Virus record (IMG/VR): IMGVR_UViG_2802428968_000003 | Strand: one strand, 5' to 3' | Source of the DNA: a virus | Length of the DNA stretch: 64,000 nt | Shown here: positions 47,901-57,001 of the stretch, in pieces | How positions within the stretch are numbered: the stretch's first letter is position 1 | Layout of the letters: the number at the start of each line of letters is the position of its first letter | The notes under the pieces: model-generated | Seen by the model: the letters and a program-made list of their open reading frames with translations, nothing else | Database searches by the model: none | What the model was told of the DNA's origin: nothing | Made by a program: the position numbers and the translations under genes

Positions 47901-48212
47901 CTACATTCCGTCAGCGGCGTTGACGTTGGCGGCGGTGGCCGCATCCTGGCCCACGAACGCATCCCCGGTGCTCGCCAACAAGCTGCCCATCTGCGCAAGG
48001 CCCTGGTGTACCAGCTTGGCGCCCTCGTACCACTGGAACCACCGCGTGGTGAACGCGCTCGCCGACCCACCAGACCAACCGGAGCCGACAAACCGCGACA
48101 CCTCGGCGTCGAGGGCATCCAGCTCCGTCGCCAAACCGCCTGCGGTCGCGGTGACCAATCGCGAAACCCGCTGCAACTCTTCTGGCGAAACCCCGAGGAC
48201 CCCTCCACTCAT
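47901..48212 (-). CDS. WXG100 (ESAT-6-like) protein
   Basis: 103 aa from MSGGVLGVSPEEL. Contains the SGWSGGSASAF W-x-G motif. Confidence 0.55.
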   Translation of the reverse strand: MSGGVLGVSPEELQRVSRLVTATAGGLATELDALDAEVSRFVGSGWSGGSASAFTTRWFQWYEGAKLVHQGLAQMGSLLASTGDAFVGQDAATAANVNAADGM

Positions 48213-48309
48213 TGCCGGATGGTATCGCCGCCGAGTTTGCCACCGCAATAGGAGTGCGAAGCGATACCCATCCGACCTGCACGTTTCGGCGGCATGCGCA
48301 GGGTTATTG

Positions 48310-48609
48310 CTATTCCGTCGCGATTCCAGACTGGTCGGGCACCGCTCTCAGTCCACGGCGCGGTGACCGAGCTTGTAAGTCTCGGACCGCTGCCGCGAAG
48401 CTATCGGCCATCCGGCGCACGTAGTCCTCATCGACGTAGGCCTTGGCCGACTGCCGGCTGATGCCCATCAGCTCGGCGGTCAGGTCGACTTTCGCCGAAA
48501 TACGCTCTCGCGCCATGGCCTCGGTCATGTTCAGGGCGTGCTGCTCAGCGAGATAGCGCACGAGCAACTGGGCGCGTTCATTCATCCAGGGGGACCGGCG
48601 AGCGGGCAT
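48310..48609 (-). CDS. hypothetical small protein with HTH-like segment, immediately downstream of int
   Basis: LTAELMGISRQSAKAYVDED. Start uncertain (ATG at 48609 or 48585). Confidence 0.35.
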   Translation of the reverse strand: MPARRSPWMNERAQLLVRYLAEQHALNMTEAMARERISAKVDLTAELMGISRQSAKAYVDEDYVRRMADSFAAAVRDLQARSPRRGLRAVPDQSGIATE

Positions 48610-48666
48610 TCGGAGACCATATGGGCATCCCCTCGTGCCCGCTGGCCGACCTCCTAGATGTGACAC

Positions 48667-49557
48667 CTACTTGTGACTGCGCTGTTCCATTCTCGATGCC
48701 GACGACCGCGAGGGGCACAAGTGCGACGCGAGCGAGTCGACGGACGCCGCTCCACGTCGGGTCGAGTAAGCGAGGTACCGCATGGTGGTCGCCAGGCTCT
48801 CGTGCCCCATCAATTCCTGGATATCGCGGAGGTCCGCGCCTTCGTCGGCGAGCACGGTCGCGAACCTGTGTCGCAGGGTGTGCAGCGTGTACGGGAGCCC
48901 GAGATTGGTTAGGAATTCCGCACCCACGACCGAGACGTAGTTGGGTGTGACTGGCCCGCCGCGGGGACGGCAGAACATGGTGCCGGGTCGGCTCAGCTGA
49001 ATTGCCAGACGTTGCATGACCTCGGGGGCAACTCGGACGATGCGTTGCTTCCCTCCCTTACCGTGCACGGTCAGGAAGGCGCCGCCGCCTTCATCGGGGC
49101 GAAAGTCGTTGCGTGACATCTGCGCGATCTCCCCAGCGCGCAGACCGCAGTATCCGGCCAATAGCAGCCATGCATGGATGTCAGTCCCGACAGGCGCGCC
49201 GGTCAGCGCGATCCGCAAGTGGTCCTCGGGGATGGGCCGGGCCATACGGCGCTGAATCTTCGGTTGCACCAAGTCTTTTGCGACGTATTCGCTCGTGCGC
49301 CCACATCGGTAGGCCCACTGATAGAAGGTGCAAACATGCGACGTGTAGGTCTGGATGCTAGACGGGCACACCCGCAACGAACCCTGCCAGGCCTCAAGCT
49401 GCTCCGGGGTGGCCTCCAGCAAAGATGTTTCCCCAAGCCATCTAGCTAATCTAGCAATCTGCCCCAAGCGGTGCTCGATCGTTTTAGCTGTGAAGTTCTT
49501 CAGCTTCAGATAACGAGCAAACTCTGAGACGACAGTGTCATTATTCACAGGTGACAT
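48667..49557 (-). CDS. int: tyrosine recombinase/integrase (XerC/D-like)
   Basis: C-terminal HTLRHRFATVLADEGADLRDIQELMGHESLATTMRYLAYS carries the R..H..R..H..Y catalytic signature. Confidence 0.8.
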   Translation of the reverse strand: MSPVNNDTVVSEFARYLKLKNFTAKTIEHRLGQIARLARWLGETSLLEATPEQLEAWQGSLRVCPSSIQTYTSHVCTFYQWAYRCGRTSEYVAKDLVQPKIQRRMARPIPEDHLRIALTGAPVGTDIHAWLLLAGYCGLRAGEIAQMSRNDFRPDEGGGAFLTVHGKGGKQRIVRVAPEVMQRLAIQLSRPGTMFCRPRGGPVTPNYVSVVGAEFLTNLGLPYTLHTLRHRFATVLADEGADLRDIQELMGHESLATTMRYLAYSTRRGAASVDSLASHLCPSRSSASRMEQRSHK

Positions 49558-49577
49558 AAGTACAGCCCGTCCTTTTG

Positions 49578-49967
49578 CTAGGAAACCGAACGGGTGGACT
49601 TGTTGCAGGTCAGTTGCTTCCCCGAGCGGAAACCGTGACCTGAGCTGGCGCGCCGGAACGCGGACTTATACGGTTCATACTCGTGAGTAAGAACTGTGCT
49701 ACTCGCCCCCTCCGTGGCTAGCTGCCCGCCCCACATGAGCCATTCGCGGCTCGCTCCGGTGGCCCGATGAATCGCCTGAATCTTCTCGGTGAGCTTGTGG
49801 GGACTGCGCCCGCTTTCAATCCCTTGTAGGGCATTCTCGGTCAATCCAGTGAGCTGGGAAAACTCCCTACGGCTCATCCTGAGCGCATTTCGCAGGACAA
49901 CAACCCTGGCGGCAAGAGTGTCTGCCGGAACCCAGTTGTTCCCGTGAAGTTTCTCTGCTGTCGTCAT
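49578..49967 (-). CDS. XRE/cI-like immunity repressor (start 49967; ORF extends to 50069)
   Basis: VVLRNALRMSRREFSQLTGLTENALQGIESG is an HTH. Sits 20 bp upstream of int on the same strand, divergent from cro. Confidence 0.6.
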   Translation of the reverse strand: MTTAEKLHGNNWVPADTLAARVVVLRNALRMSRREFSQLTGLTENALQGIESGRSPHKLTEKIQAIHRATGASREWLMWGGQLATEGASSTVLTHEYEPYKSAFRRASSGHGFRSGKQLTCNKSTRSVS

Positions 49968-49989
49968 GGGTAAATGATGACATCTCTGC

Positions 49990-50079
49990 AATCTGCATGC
50001 AAGAAGATTGCATGCTTGAGCTGCAAGTAAACGCATCATTCCCAAGTTATGCTTGCAATCAAATTTCATGCATGTAATT
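49990..50079. promoter_or_regulatory. low-GC divergent promoter/operator region with repeated TGCATGCA / TTGCATGC / GCTTGCAA motifs
   Basis: ctgcatgcaag, attgcatgcttg, gctgcaag, tatgcttgcaat, ttcatgcatg read directly. Confidence 0.5.
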
Positions 50080-50087
50080 ATTTCGGC

Positions 50088-50279
50088 ATGAGCGCAAAAC
50101 TTCTGCTGATCGAGGCTCGGCTCGGTGGTCGAAGACTCCCCGATCTGGTCGGCGCACGCCGGGCACAGGGCAAGTCATGGCAGGGCATCGCCAACGAAAT
50201 CCACGATATGACCGGCGTTGCGGTGTCCCGAGAATCCTTGCGTGCCTGGTGCAATCAGTCCAAGGCAGTGGCCTCATGA
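50088..50279 (+). CDS. Cro-like small HTH regulator
   Basis: MSAKLLLIEARLGG...SWQGIANEIHDMTGVAVSRESLRAW. Divergent from the repressor. Confidence 0.5.
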   Translation: MSAKLLLIEARLGGRRLPDLVGARRAQGKSWQGIANEIHDMTGVAVSRESLRAWCNQSKAVAS

Positions 50280-51052
50280 GCACACTCGTCGCCGTTTCTC
50301 CGTTCGACGCCATCCGACACCTGACCGACGGAGGCCGCGAGTACTGGTCGGCACGCGATCTCATGCCGCTGCTCGGATACGAGAAGTGGGAGCGGTTCGC
50401 CGACGCCATCAGCCGCGCCAAGAGCGCTGCACGCAACGCCGGGTATGACCCTGCGACGCAATTTCCCGGCGCCGGGAAATTGGTCTCCACCGGCAATGGA
50501 GCGCAGCGAGCGGTCGAGGACTACCACCTATCCCGGTACGCCTGCTATCTCGTCGCACTCAATGGCGATCCACGCAAGCCCGAGATCGCTGCCGCCCAGA
50601 CATACTTCGTCATCAAGACCCGTGAGGCCGAGACTGCCACGGCCGCGCCCGCGCTCACAGGCACCGACCTACTCGCCGCCGCCGTGCTCGAAGCTCAGCG
50701 GATGATCGAGGCGAAGGACGCTCGGATCGCGGAGCTTTCACCCAAGGCCGACCTGGCGGACACCTACCTCACGGCACAAGGCGGGTCCCGGCTGATCCGG
50801 GAAGCCGCGAAGCTGCTCGGCATGCGCGAGCGCGAGTTTCGCCAGTGGCTCTTGGATGAGCGGCTGATCTTCGCTAAACACGCTCCGTGTGGCGCGGTGC
50901 AATACGACCACTACGCGCAGTTCACGCACTACTTCCAAGCGCACGAGCACGTCGTCGCGCACTCATGGGGCAGCTGCGCCCACTACACCTTGCGCATTCT
51001 GCCGCGAGGGATGGAACTCATCACCGCACGCTTGGGCCGAATCTCCAAGTAA
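50276..51052 (+). CDS. phage antirepressor (Bro-N/KilA-C type)
   Basis: ATGA overlap with cro. YWSARDLMPLLGYEKWERFADAISRA is Bro-N/AntA-like. C-terminal LTAQGGSRLIREAAKLLGMREREFRQWL is KilA-C-like. Confidence 0.6.
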   Translation: MSTLVAVSPFDAIRHLTDGGREYWSARDLMPLLGYEKWERFADAISRAKSAARNAGYDPATQFPGAGKLVSTGNGAQRAVEDYHLSRYACYLVALNGDPRKPEIAAAQTYFVIKTREAETATAAPALTGTDLLAAAVLEAQRMIEAKDARIAELSPKADLADTYLTAQGGSRLIREAAKLLGMREREFRQWLLDERLIFAKHAPCGAVQYDHYAQFTHYFQAHEHVVAHSWGSCAHYTLRILPRGMELITARLGRISK

Positions 51053-51155
51053 TCGCAAGTCCCACAACTGAATAAGTAAAGACGCTGGCGGTCCCGTCGC
51101 CAAACAGAAACCGCCAGCGTCCCCTACCAAACCAATCCTACTGAGAGGACTTGGC

Positions 51156-51542
51156 ATGCCCCAACATATCCGCAGGCGGTCGCACGGGCGCCGCCGACCC
51201 CGGCTGAGCAGCTACGACGCGATCACCGTCGTGCTAGCCGCTATCGCGGTGCTCGCCGCAATGCTGCTGGCATCACCGGACTCGCACGCCGACCCGGTAA
51301 CCGATGACTTCGTGACGACGAGCGGCTGGCGCGTGTGCAACGAGCTGGACGCGCAGCCCAATTTCGACGGCATCCGGTACTCATACCGGGCACTGTCGGC
51401 GCGCGGGTACAGCCTCGATCAGTCGGCCCAGATCATCGTGGGCTCAGTGAAGGTGTGGTGCAAACGCCATGCGCCACTACTCAAGTCATACGCCGACACC
51501 TACGCTTCAGCGCCGCAGCAGAGCCAGGGGCGTGCGGCATGA
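51156..51542 (+). CDS. secreted DUF732-like two-Cys protein
   Basis: Signal peptide. WRVCNEL...GSVKVWC is the two-Cys pattern typical of mycobacterial DUF732. Confidence 0.45.
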   Translation: MPQHIRRRSHGRRRPRLSSYDAITVVLAAIAVLAAMLLASPDSHADPVTDDFVTTSGWRVCNELDAQPNFDGIRYSYRALSARGYSLDQSAQIIVGSVKVWCKRHAPLLKSYADTYASAPQQSQGRAA

Positions 51543-51859
51543 CCATCACCTTTGACCCCAACCCGACGTTCGACGAACTCATGGCCGCGTTCGACAAGGC
51601 CGAACGGGAGTGCTCCCCCAGCGTCGTGAACATCGTCCTTGATCTCGAAATCGCTGACCTGTTCGAGAGATTGGGCAATCGCGGCATCGCCGTCCTGGTC
51701 GCCAATCAGAAAGCGTGGCGCGAATCCGTCAAGGAGTCCGGCACAGACCCGCGATGTGCCTGGACCGCTGACGGCGGCGCCGAGCGCGCACTCGTCGAGT
51801 TTTTCACCGACCGCGACAGCCGGGACAAGGCCAGCGCCGTGCTCAAGGCGGGTGCGTGA
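51539..51859 (+). CDS. hypothetical protein (106 aa)
   Basis: ATGA-coupled ORF. Confidence 0.45.
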   Translation: MTITFDPNPTFDELMAAFDKAERECSPSVVNIVLDLEIADLFERLGNRGIAVLVANQKAWRESVKESGTDPRCAWTADGGAERALVEFFTDRDSRDKASAVLKAGA

Positions 51860-52401
51860 TGGCCGAACTTGTAAAGAGCCCGTACCCGCCCGATTCGGTG
51901 GACTACCACCCCGGCGGCTACAGCCCCGACGACGACGGCACTATGTCTGAGAACGTCGCGGAGCTTGCCAAATGTGTCGTCGGTCATCGAATTGTCAAGG
52001 CGGAGAACGGCCAAACGGTCAACCTCGGCCCCTATGACGGCAAGCGCAACTGCTACAGCGAGTCGCTGACCGGCCTCGTGCTCACCCTCGACAGCGGCGT
52101 CCAGGTGGTCATCGCCGACACATCGGATTGCTGCGCGAGCACCACCCTGGAGAAGTTCCTACTTCACCCCGAACGCGTGGATCACGTGATCACCGGGGTT
52201 GCCAGTACGGACGGATTCACCAAGTGGCACATCTTCGCCGACTTCGGCGACGTGATGGAACTGGAGGTCAGCTGGTCGGCGGGCAACCCGTTCTACTACG
52301 GGTACGGCTTCGACATCGCCGTTGGCCCACTGGAGGGCGAAATCGTCTCTGAGACAGTCGCGCTCCCGTCCGCACGCCGCGAGTTGGAGGCGGGCCGATG
52401 A
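51856..52401 (+). CDS. hypothetical protein (181 aa)
   Basis: GTGATG start region overlapping the upstream stop. Confidence 0.45.
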   Translation: MMAELVKSPYPPDSVDYHPGGYSPDDDGTMSENVAELAKCVVGHRIVKAENGQTVNLGPYDGKRNCYSESLTGLVLTLDSGVQVVIADTSDCCASTTLEKFLLHPERVDHVITGVASTDGFTKWHIFADFGDVMELEVSWSAGNPFYYGYGFDIAVGPLEGEIVSETVALPSARRELEAGR

Positions 52402-52748
52402 GCGAGACCGTGCGCGACCCGCGCGAAGAGAAGCTGCCCCAGTGGGCACGAAAGCTGTTGGCCGACGAGCGCTACCGCGCCAGCCGTGCCGAGCACAGGC
52501 TCGCCGAGCACGTTGCCAAAATCGCGAAGTCGCGAATCCGTTACGGGGGCTACGACAATCCGATCTACATCCCCGACGACAACGGGTATCAGACCGTGTA
52601 CTTCTACCCCAATGGGGGCGATAGCACGTTCCAGCAGATCGCCGTCACGATCCGCGACGGCGCTATCGAGATTCAGGGTGGCGACACGCTGACGATCGAC
52701 CTGCAAGCGTCCAATACCTTTCGCGCTCGCCTCCGGGGTGACTCATGA
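52398..52748 (+). CDS. hypothetical protein (116 aa)
   Basis: ATGA-coupled. Confidence 0.45.
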   Translation: MSETVRDPREEKLPQWARKLLADERYRASRAEHRLAEHVAKIAKSRIRYGGYDNPIYIPDDNGYQTVYFYPNGGDSTFQQIAVTIRDGAIEIQGGDTLTIDLQASNTFRARLRGDS

Positions 52749-53005
52749 CCGCTATGACGATCGACGTTGACGAGAGCTACGAAACGAACATGCGCGTCCT
52801 CAAGGGCGTTCTGTACCGCCTCGTCGAGGCTGTCCGCGACACAGACCCCCATCAGGTGCATCGCGAGCTGGTCTCAATGTGGTTGCGCCACCCGGTCAAA
52901 GCCGCACAGCTGATGATGGCGCTTGCCATCGGATTCGATCCAGACACGGTGACAACCAAGATGCTCGACCGGCGCGCCGAGGAAATCGCGGGGGTGGCCT
53001 CGTGA
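52745..53005 (+). CDS. hypothetical protein (86 aa)
   Basis: ATGA-coupled. Confidence 0.4.
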   Translation: MTAMTIDVDESYETNMRVLKGVLYRLVEAVRDTDPHQVHRELVSMWLRHPVKAAQLMMALAIGFDPDTVTTKMLDRRAEEIAGVAS

Positions 53006-53886
53006 TCGAGCCCGGGTCGCCCGGGTGGCTGAAAGTGGTAACACCGAGCAAGGTGCCGTCAATCCTTGGCATTTCACGCTGGAAATCGCAGTACACCCTA
53101 TGGCACGAAATGGCCGGAATCATCACACCCGCACCGATTTCCGTCGCCCGACAGGATGACTTCGACTACGGCCACGCGTGCGAGCTGGCAGCACGCGAGT
53201 ACTGGAAGTTCAAGAATCCGGGCTGGCGGATCTCACAGGGTGAGGTGCAGTGCAGCAACGATGACCTACCGTTCGCCAACCTGGCCACGATCGATTTACG
53301 CGGTTCTCGGGGCAGCCTGCGCCGTGTCGTCGAGGTCAAGACCGCAAGAGATCTCGGCGAATTCGGCGATGATGGCAGCGGCGAGCTGCCGCGCGACTAC
53401 GCCGCACAGATCCTCGCGCAGATGTTGATCACCGGGTGGCACGAAACCGCCGACCTGGTGTGTTGGGCGCAGTACGGGAAGCCCCGCATCTACCACGTGG
53501 AGTGGAACCAAAAGGTTGCCGACGGCATCGCCGAAGCCTGCCTGCAGTGGGAGCGCTCAATCGCGAACGGATCTCGACCTGCGCTCGACAACACGGTCTC
53601 CACCTACGAGACCGTCAAGGCGCTCCATCCAGATATCGACGGCAGCACAACCGAACTGGATTCCGATCTGGCCATCGAGTACCTGGCGGCCGACCGCGAG
53701 GCCAAGGCCGCCGAGAGGCACGCACTCGGCCTTAAGACGCGAGTACTCGACGCGATGGGCAACAGCCAGCACGCAGTCGTCGGTGATCACAAGATCGCCC
53801 GCCGTCAACCGAACAAGTACGGCGTCTCGCTCGTACCGAACCCCAAGACAGACCCCCAATCCATCCCAACAAAGGAGATCGCGTGA
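53002..53886 (+). CDS. YqaJ-like viral recombinase exonuclease (PD-(D/E)xK)
   Basis: GTGA start overlap. ILGISRWKSQYTLWHEMAG and VVEVKTARD motifs. Paired with a RecT-like gene. Confidence 0.55.
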   Translation: MIEPGSPGWLKVVTPSKVPSILGISRWKSQYTLWHEMAGIITPAPISVARQDDFDYGHACELAAREYWKFKNPGWRISQGEVQCSNDDLPFANLATIDLRGSRGSLRRVVEVKTARDLGEFGDDGSGELPRDYAAQILAQMLITGWHETADLVCWAQYGKPRIYHVEWNQKVADGIAEACLQWERSIANGSRPALDNTVSTYETVKALHPDIDGSTTELDSDLAIEYLAADREAKAAERHALGLKTRVLDAMGNSQHAVVGDHKIARRQPNKYGVSLVPNPKTDPQSIPTKEIA

Positions 53887-54908
53887 CCAACGAGATTCGA
53901 ACTATCGACTCCGCGCAGGTGGTTACCGCCACCGATACTGCGCTGGCCATCGCCGCCGACCAGACCGAGTTCAACCAGGCTCAGATAGCGGCACTCAAGC
54001 AGCTCGGCGTCGAGGATGCCCCACGCGGCGACCTGGACGTGTTCTTCCACACCGCCAAGCGCACCGGCCTGGACCCATTCAGCAAGCAGATCTACATGAT
54101 CGGCCGTAACACCAAGGTCGGCGGCTATGGGGGCGCACCGGAACGCTGGGAGACCAAGTACACCATCCAGACCGGCATTGAGGGCTACCGCGTCGTCGGG
54201 CACCGCATCGCGCGCCGCGAGGTCATCGGGCGCCCCTTCGCTCGGCGCCTGTTCTGCGGCCGTGATGGCGTCTGGCGGGATGTTCTGATCGAGAACGGCC
54301 CCCCGGTCGCCGCCAAAGCCGAAATCACCTGCAATGGCGTACTCGTGGGCGAAGCGGTCGTCAAGTTCGTCGAATACGCGCAGACCACCCGGGCGGGCGA
54401 GCTTGTCGGCCAGTGGCGCGACAAGCCAACCGTGATGATCGGCAAGTGCGCCGAGGCCGCCGCCTGGCGCGCCGCATTCCCCCAGGACTTCGCCGGGGTC
54501 TACGAGCCCGCCGAGTTCGACCGTCATCAGGTTATCGACGGCGAGGTCGAACCCGTCCGAGTCCGCGCTGAGCGCGCCGACCGAGGCGTTCAGGGCGTCG
54601 CAGCCGCGCTGGGAATCAAGACGGAGACGGTCGACGCTGAGGCGCCCTCGCCCAGCGAGCCCACCCCGGAAGCGCCCGCCGTCGAACTGATCACCCCGGC
54701 CCAGTCGCGCAAGCTGTACGCCCTACTTCGGGAGCGCGGCCTCGAAGACAAAGACGCTGCCCTGGCGTGGATCTCGTCGGCACTGAGCAGGACCGACAGC
54801 CCTGTGGTCAGCACCAGGGATCTCACCAAGACCGAGGCCACCACCCTGATCGACATTCTCGAAAGCGACCGCGCAGAACAACCCACCACAACAGAAGGGA
54901 ATGAATAA
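53883..54908 (+). CDS. RecT-like single-strand annealing protein
   Basis: FKQLGVE...DPFSKQIYMIGRNTKVGG...YTIQTGIEGYRVVGHRIA resembles RecT. Acidic C-terminal tail. Confidence 0.55.
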   Translation: MTNEIRTIDSAQVVTATDTALAIAADQTEFNQAQIAALKQLGVEDAPRGDLDVFFHTAKRTGLDPFSKQIYMIGRNTKVGGYGGAPERWETKYTIQTGIEGYRVVGHRIARREVIGRPFARRLFCGRDGVWRDVLIENGPPVAAKAEITCNGVLVGEAVVKFVEYAQTTRAGELVGQWRDKPTVMIGKCAEAAAWRAAFPQDFAGVYEPAEFDRHQVIDGEVEPVRVRAERADRGVQGVAAALGIKTETVDAEAPSPSEPTPEAPAVELITPAQSRKLYALLRERGLEDKDAALAWISSALSRTDSPVVSTRDLTKTEATTLIDILESDRAEQPTTTEGNE

Positions 54909-54910
54909 CC

Positions 54911-55252
54911 GTGTCCGACAACGACACCGAGAAGAAAGAGGAAGGCACCGAACTCGCGCCAGGTGACATCACCGAGTTCATCGTCGTGCTGACGCAGCTC
55001 GACAAGGGCCGCACGCAAACCGCTGCAACCAAGGCGCTGCACGAATGTGTCGAGGCGGCAATGGCAACCGGCAAGAAGGGCGGTTGCGTCACGCTCAAGA
55101 TCAAGGTCGAGCCCCGCGAGTCCGGGGCGGTGTGCCTTGTCCCCGATGTCGTCAGCGCCCCCGCCAAGGACCCTGCCGGAACGATTTTCTTCGCCGACGG
55201 CGAGGGGGGTCTGTCCCGTGACAACGCCGCCATGTTCTACGGCACCAAGTAA
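54911..55252 (+). CDS. hypothetical protein (113 aa)
   Basis: ORF. Confidence 0.4.
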   Translation: MSDNDTEKKEEGTELAPGDITEFIVVLTQLDKGRTQTAATKALHECVEAAMATGKKGGCVTLKIKVEPRESGAVCLVPDVVSAPAKDPAGTIFFADGEGGLSRDNAAMFYGTK

Positions 55253-55279
55253 CCCAACCCGCCCGAAGGAGTAACACCC

Positions 55280-56116
55280 ATGTCCGACAACACCATTGCA
55301 CTACCCAAGCATGACGCCGATCTGATCGACGAGCCCGACGCCGACACCTCGCTGTACCTCGTCACCGCCAACGGCGAGAACGGCCTCCAGACCGAGGTTG
55401 TCGACGTACGGGGCAAGGTGCCCGCCGCGTTCCCGCCGCGCACACCCGAGCGCCGAACCGTCACCGACACGGCCTCATTCCTTGCCGAGGTCACGCGCCG
55501 GCCACTACTCCAAGGCCTCTCGACCGTCTGGGGGAACCGGGACAAGGGCCAGGTCAGCGTGATCTACAACGAACTCGGGACGGACGCGACGGCGGACTAC
55601 ACCCGTCGAAATGACGTGCTCGCCTTGCAATTCGTCGCCGACCCCGATTGGGCCACCCTGTTCAATGCCGCTGACGGCAAGTTCCACTCTCAGCTGGATT
55701 TCGGCGACCTGATCGAGCAGGCCGGGCACCTGATCACCTCGCACCAGGCCGCCGATGTCATGGAGATCATCGACAGCATCCGAGCATCGAGCAAGGGATC
55801 ATTCGAGTCAGGAATCAAGCGCGCCACCAGCAGCGTGAACCTGACCTACAGCGAGGAAGTATCGGCCAAGGCGGGCACCGCAACTCGGCAACTTGAGATA
55901 CCGCGCGAAATCACCTTGTCGGCCCGACCATTCGAGGACTACCCGGTCATCGAGGTTCGGTGCTGGTTGCGCCTGAACATCTCGCAGGGCCAACTGGGGC
56001 TCGGACTGTTCCCACAGCCCTATCAGCACCTCGTGCGCGATGCATGGACGCACGTAACCGGCGAGCTGTCCGAAGCACTCGGGGTGCCCGTCTACGCCGC
56101 CAACCTCGGCAAGTAA
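55280..56116 (+). CDS. DUF2303/YfdQ-like phage protein
   Basis: 278 aa in the early region. Family assignment from memory. Confidence 0.35.
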   Translation: MSDNTIALPKHDADLIDEPDADTSLYLVTANGENGLQTEVVDVRGKVPAAFPPRTPERRTVTDTASFLAEVTRRPLLQGLSTVWGNRDKGQVSVIYNELGTDATADYTRRNDVLALQFVADPDWATLFNAADGKFHSQLDFGDLIEQAGHLITSHQAADVMEIIDSIRASSKGSFESGIKRATSSVNLTYSEEVSAKAGTATRQLEIPREITLSARPFEDYPVIEVRCWLRLNISQGQLGLGLFPQPYQHLVRDAWTHVTGELSEALGVPVYAANLGK

Positions 56117-56127
56117 GGGGACCAACG

Positions 56128-56991
56128 ATGCCAGTATCCATGTGGTTCTTCCTGATCTTGGTCGTCATCGCCGTGATCGCGGTGATTGTCGGGCTGTTCA
56201 TGCAGCGCGGCGCCGACAAACGAATCTGTTTCGGCGGCGCGGGTGTGGTGTTCCTGTTCGCGCTGGTTTTCCTGGTGTTCGCCTCGACCACTGTGGTCGG
56301 CACTCGCCAGATCGGTATCGAGACGACGTTCAGCCGTCCGACCGGCACCACGCTGACCAACGGTCTGCACCTCAAGGCGCCATGGACGGAGGTCACCGAG
56401 ATGGATGGCGCCGTGCAGATCGACCAGCACACAGGCGATCACCGAATCAAGGTACGACTGGGCAACAGCTCCACCGCGGACGCTGATGTCTCGGTGCGCT
56501 GGCAGATCAAGCCGGACGCAACGCCTGATCTGTTCGTGCAGTACAAGACGTTCGACAACGTGCGGTCCAACCTGGTCACCCGGAATCTGCAAGTCGCACT
56601 CAATGAGGTGTTCGCCTCATTCGATCCGTTGGCGCCGCAGAACCTCGACCGCTCGCCGCTGCCCGAACTCTCGGAGAAGGCGAAGGTGATCCTGGCCGCC
56701 AAGGTCGGCGATCAAGTCGAAATCTTGGATGTGGCAGTGCCGACCATCGACTACGACGACGGCACCGAGCAGAAGATCAACCAGCTCAACCAGGAACGCG
56801 CCGCGACAGCCGTCGCCGAGCAGGCCAAGAAAACGGCCGTGGAGCAGGCCAAGGCCAACGGCGAGCTGGCGGGCTCGGTCTCACATGACCCCAACGTCCT
56901 GGTCTCCAAGTGCCTGGACATCGCCCGCGAGAAGGGCCTCGCGCTGCTGTGCTGGCCCACCCCCGTCATGCCCACCATCCCCACCAAGTAG
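56128..56991 (+). CDS. SPFH/band-7 (prohibitin-like) membrane protein
   Basis: ATG at 56128 with AAGGGGA RBS. N-terminal TM. The body resembles HflK/C-like SPFH proteins (QIGIETTFSRPTGTTLTNGLHLKAPW; Ala/Gln-rich coiled-coil C-terminus). Confidence 0.5.
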   Translation: MPVSMWFFLILVVIAVIAVIVGLFMQRGADKRICFGGAGVVFLFALVFLVFASTTVVGTRQIGIETTFSRPTGTTLTNGLHLKAPWTEVTEMDGAVQIDQHTGDHRIKVRLGNSSTADADVSVRWQIKPDATPDLFVQYKTFDNVRSNLVTRNLQVALNEVFASFDPLAPQNLDRSPLPELSEKAKVILAAKVGDQVEILDVAVPTIDYDDGTEQKINQLNQERAATAVAEQAKKTAVEQAKANGELAGSVSHDPNVLVSKCLDIAREKGLALLCWPTPVMPTIPTK

Positions 56992-57001
56992 AGGAGACCT
57001 G

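Noticed and set aside
48249-49640. Search for a copy of the tRNA-Lys 3' end (att core) flanking the integrase
   Set aside because: No match to CAGGTTCGAGCCCTGGTGGGGGCACCA or its reverse complement was found by eye at 48249-48670 or 49558-49640. No att site is claimed inside the window.
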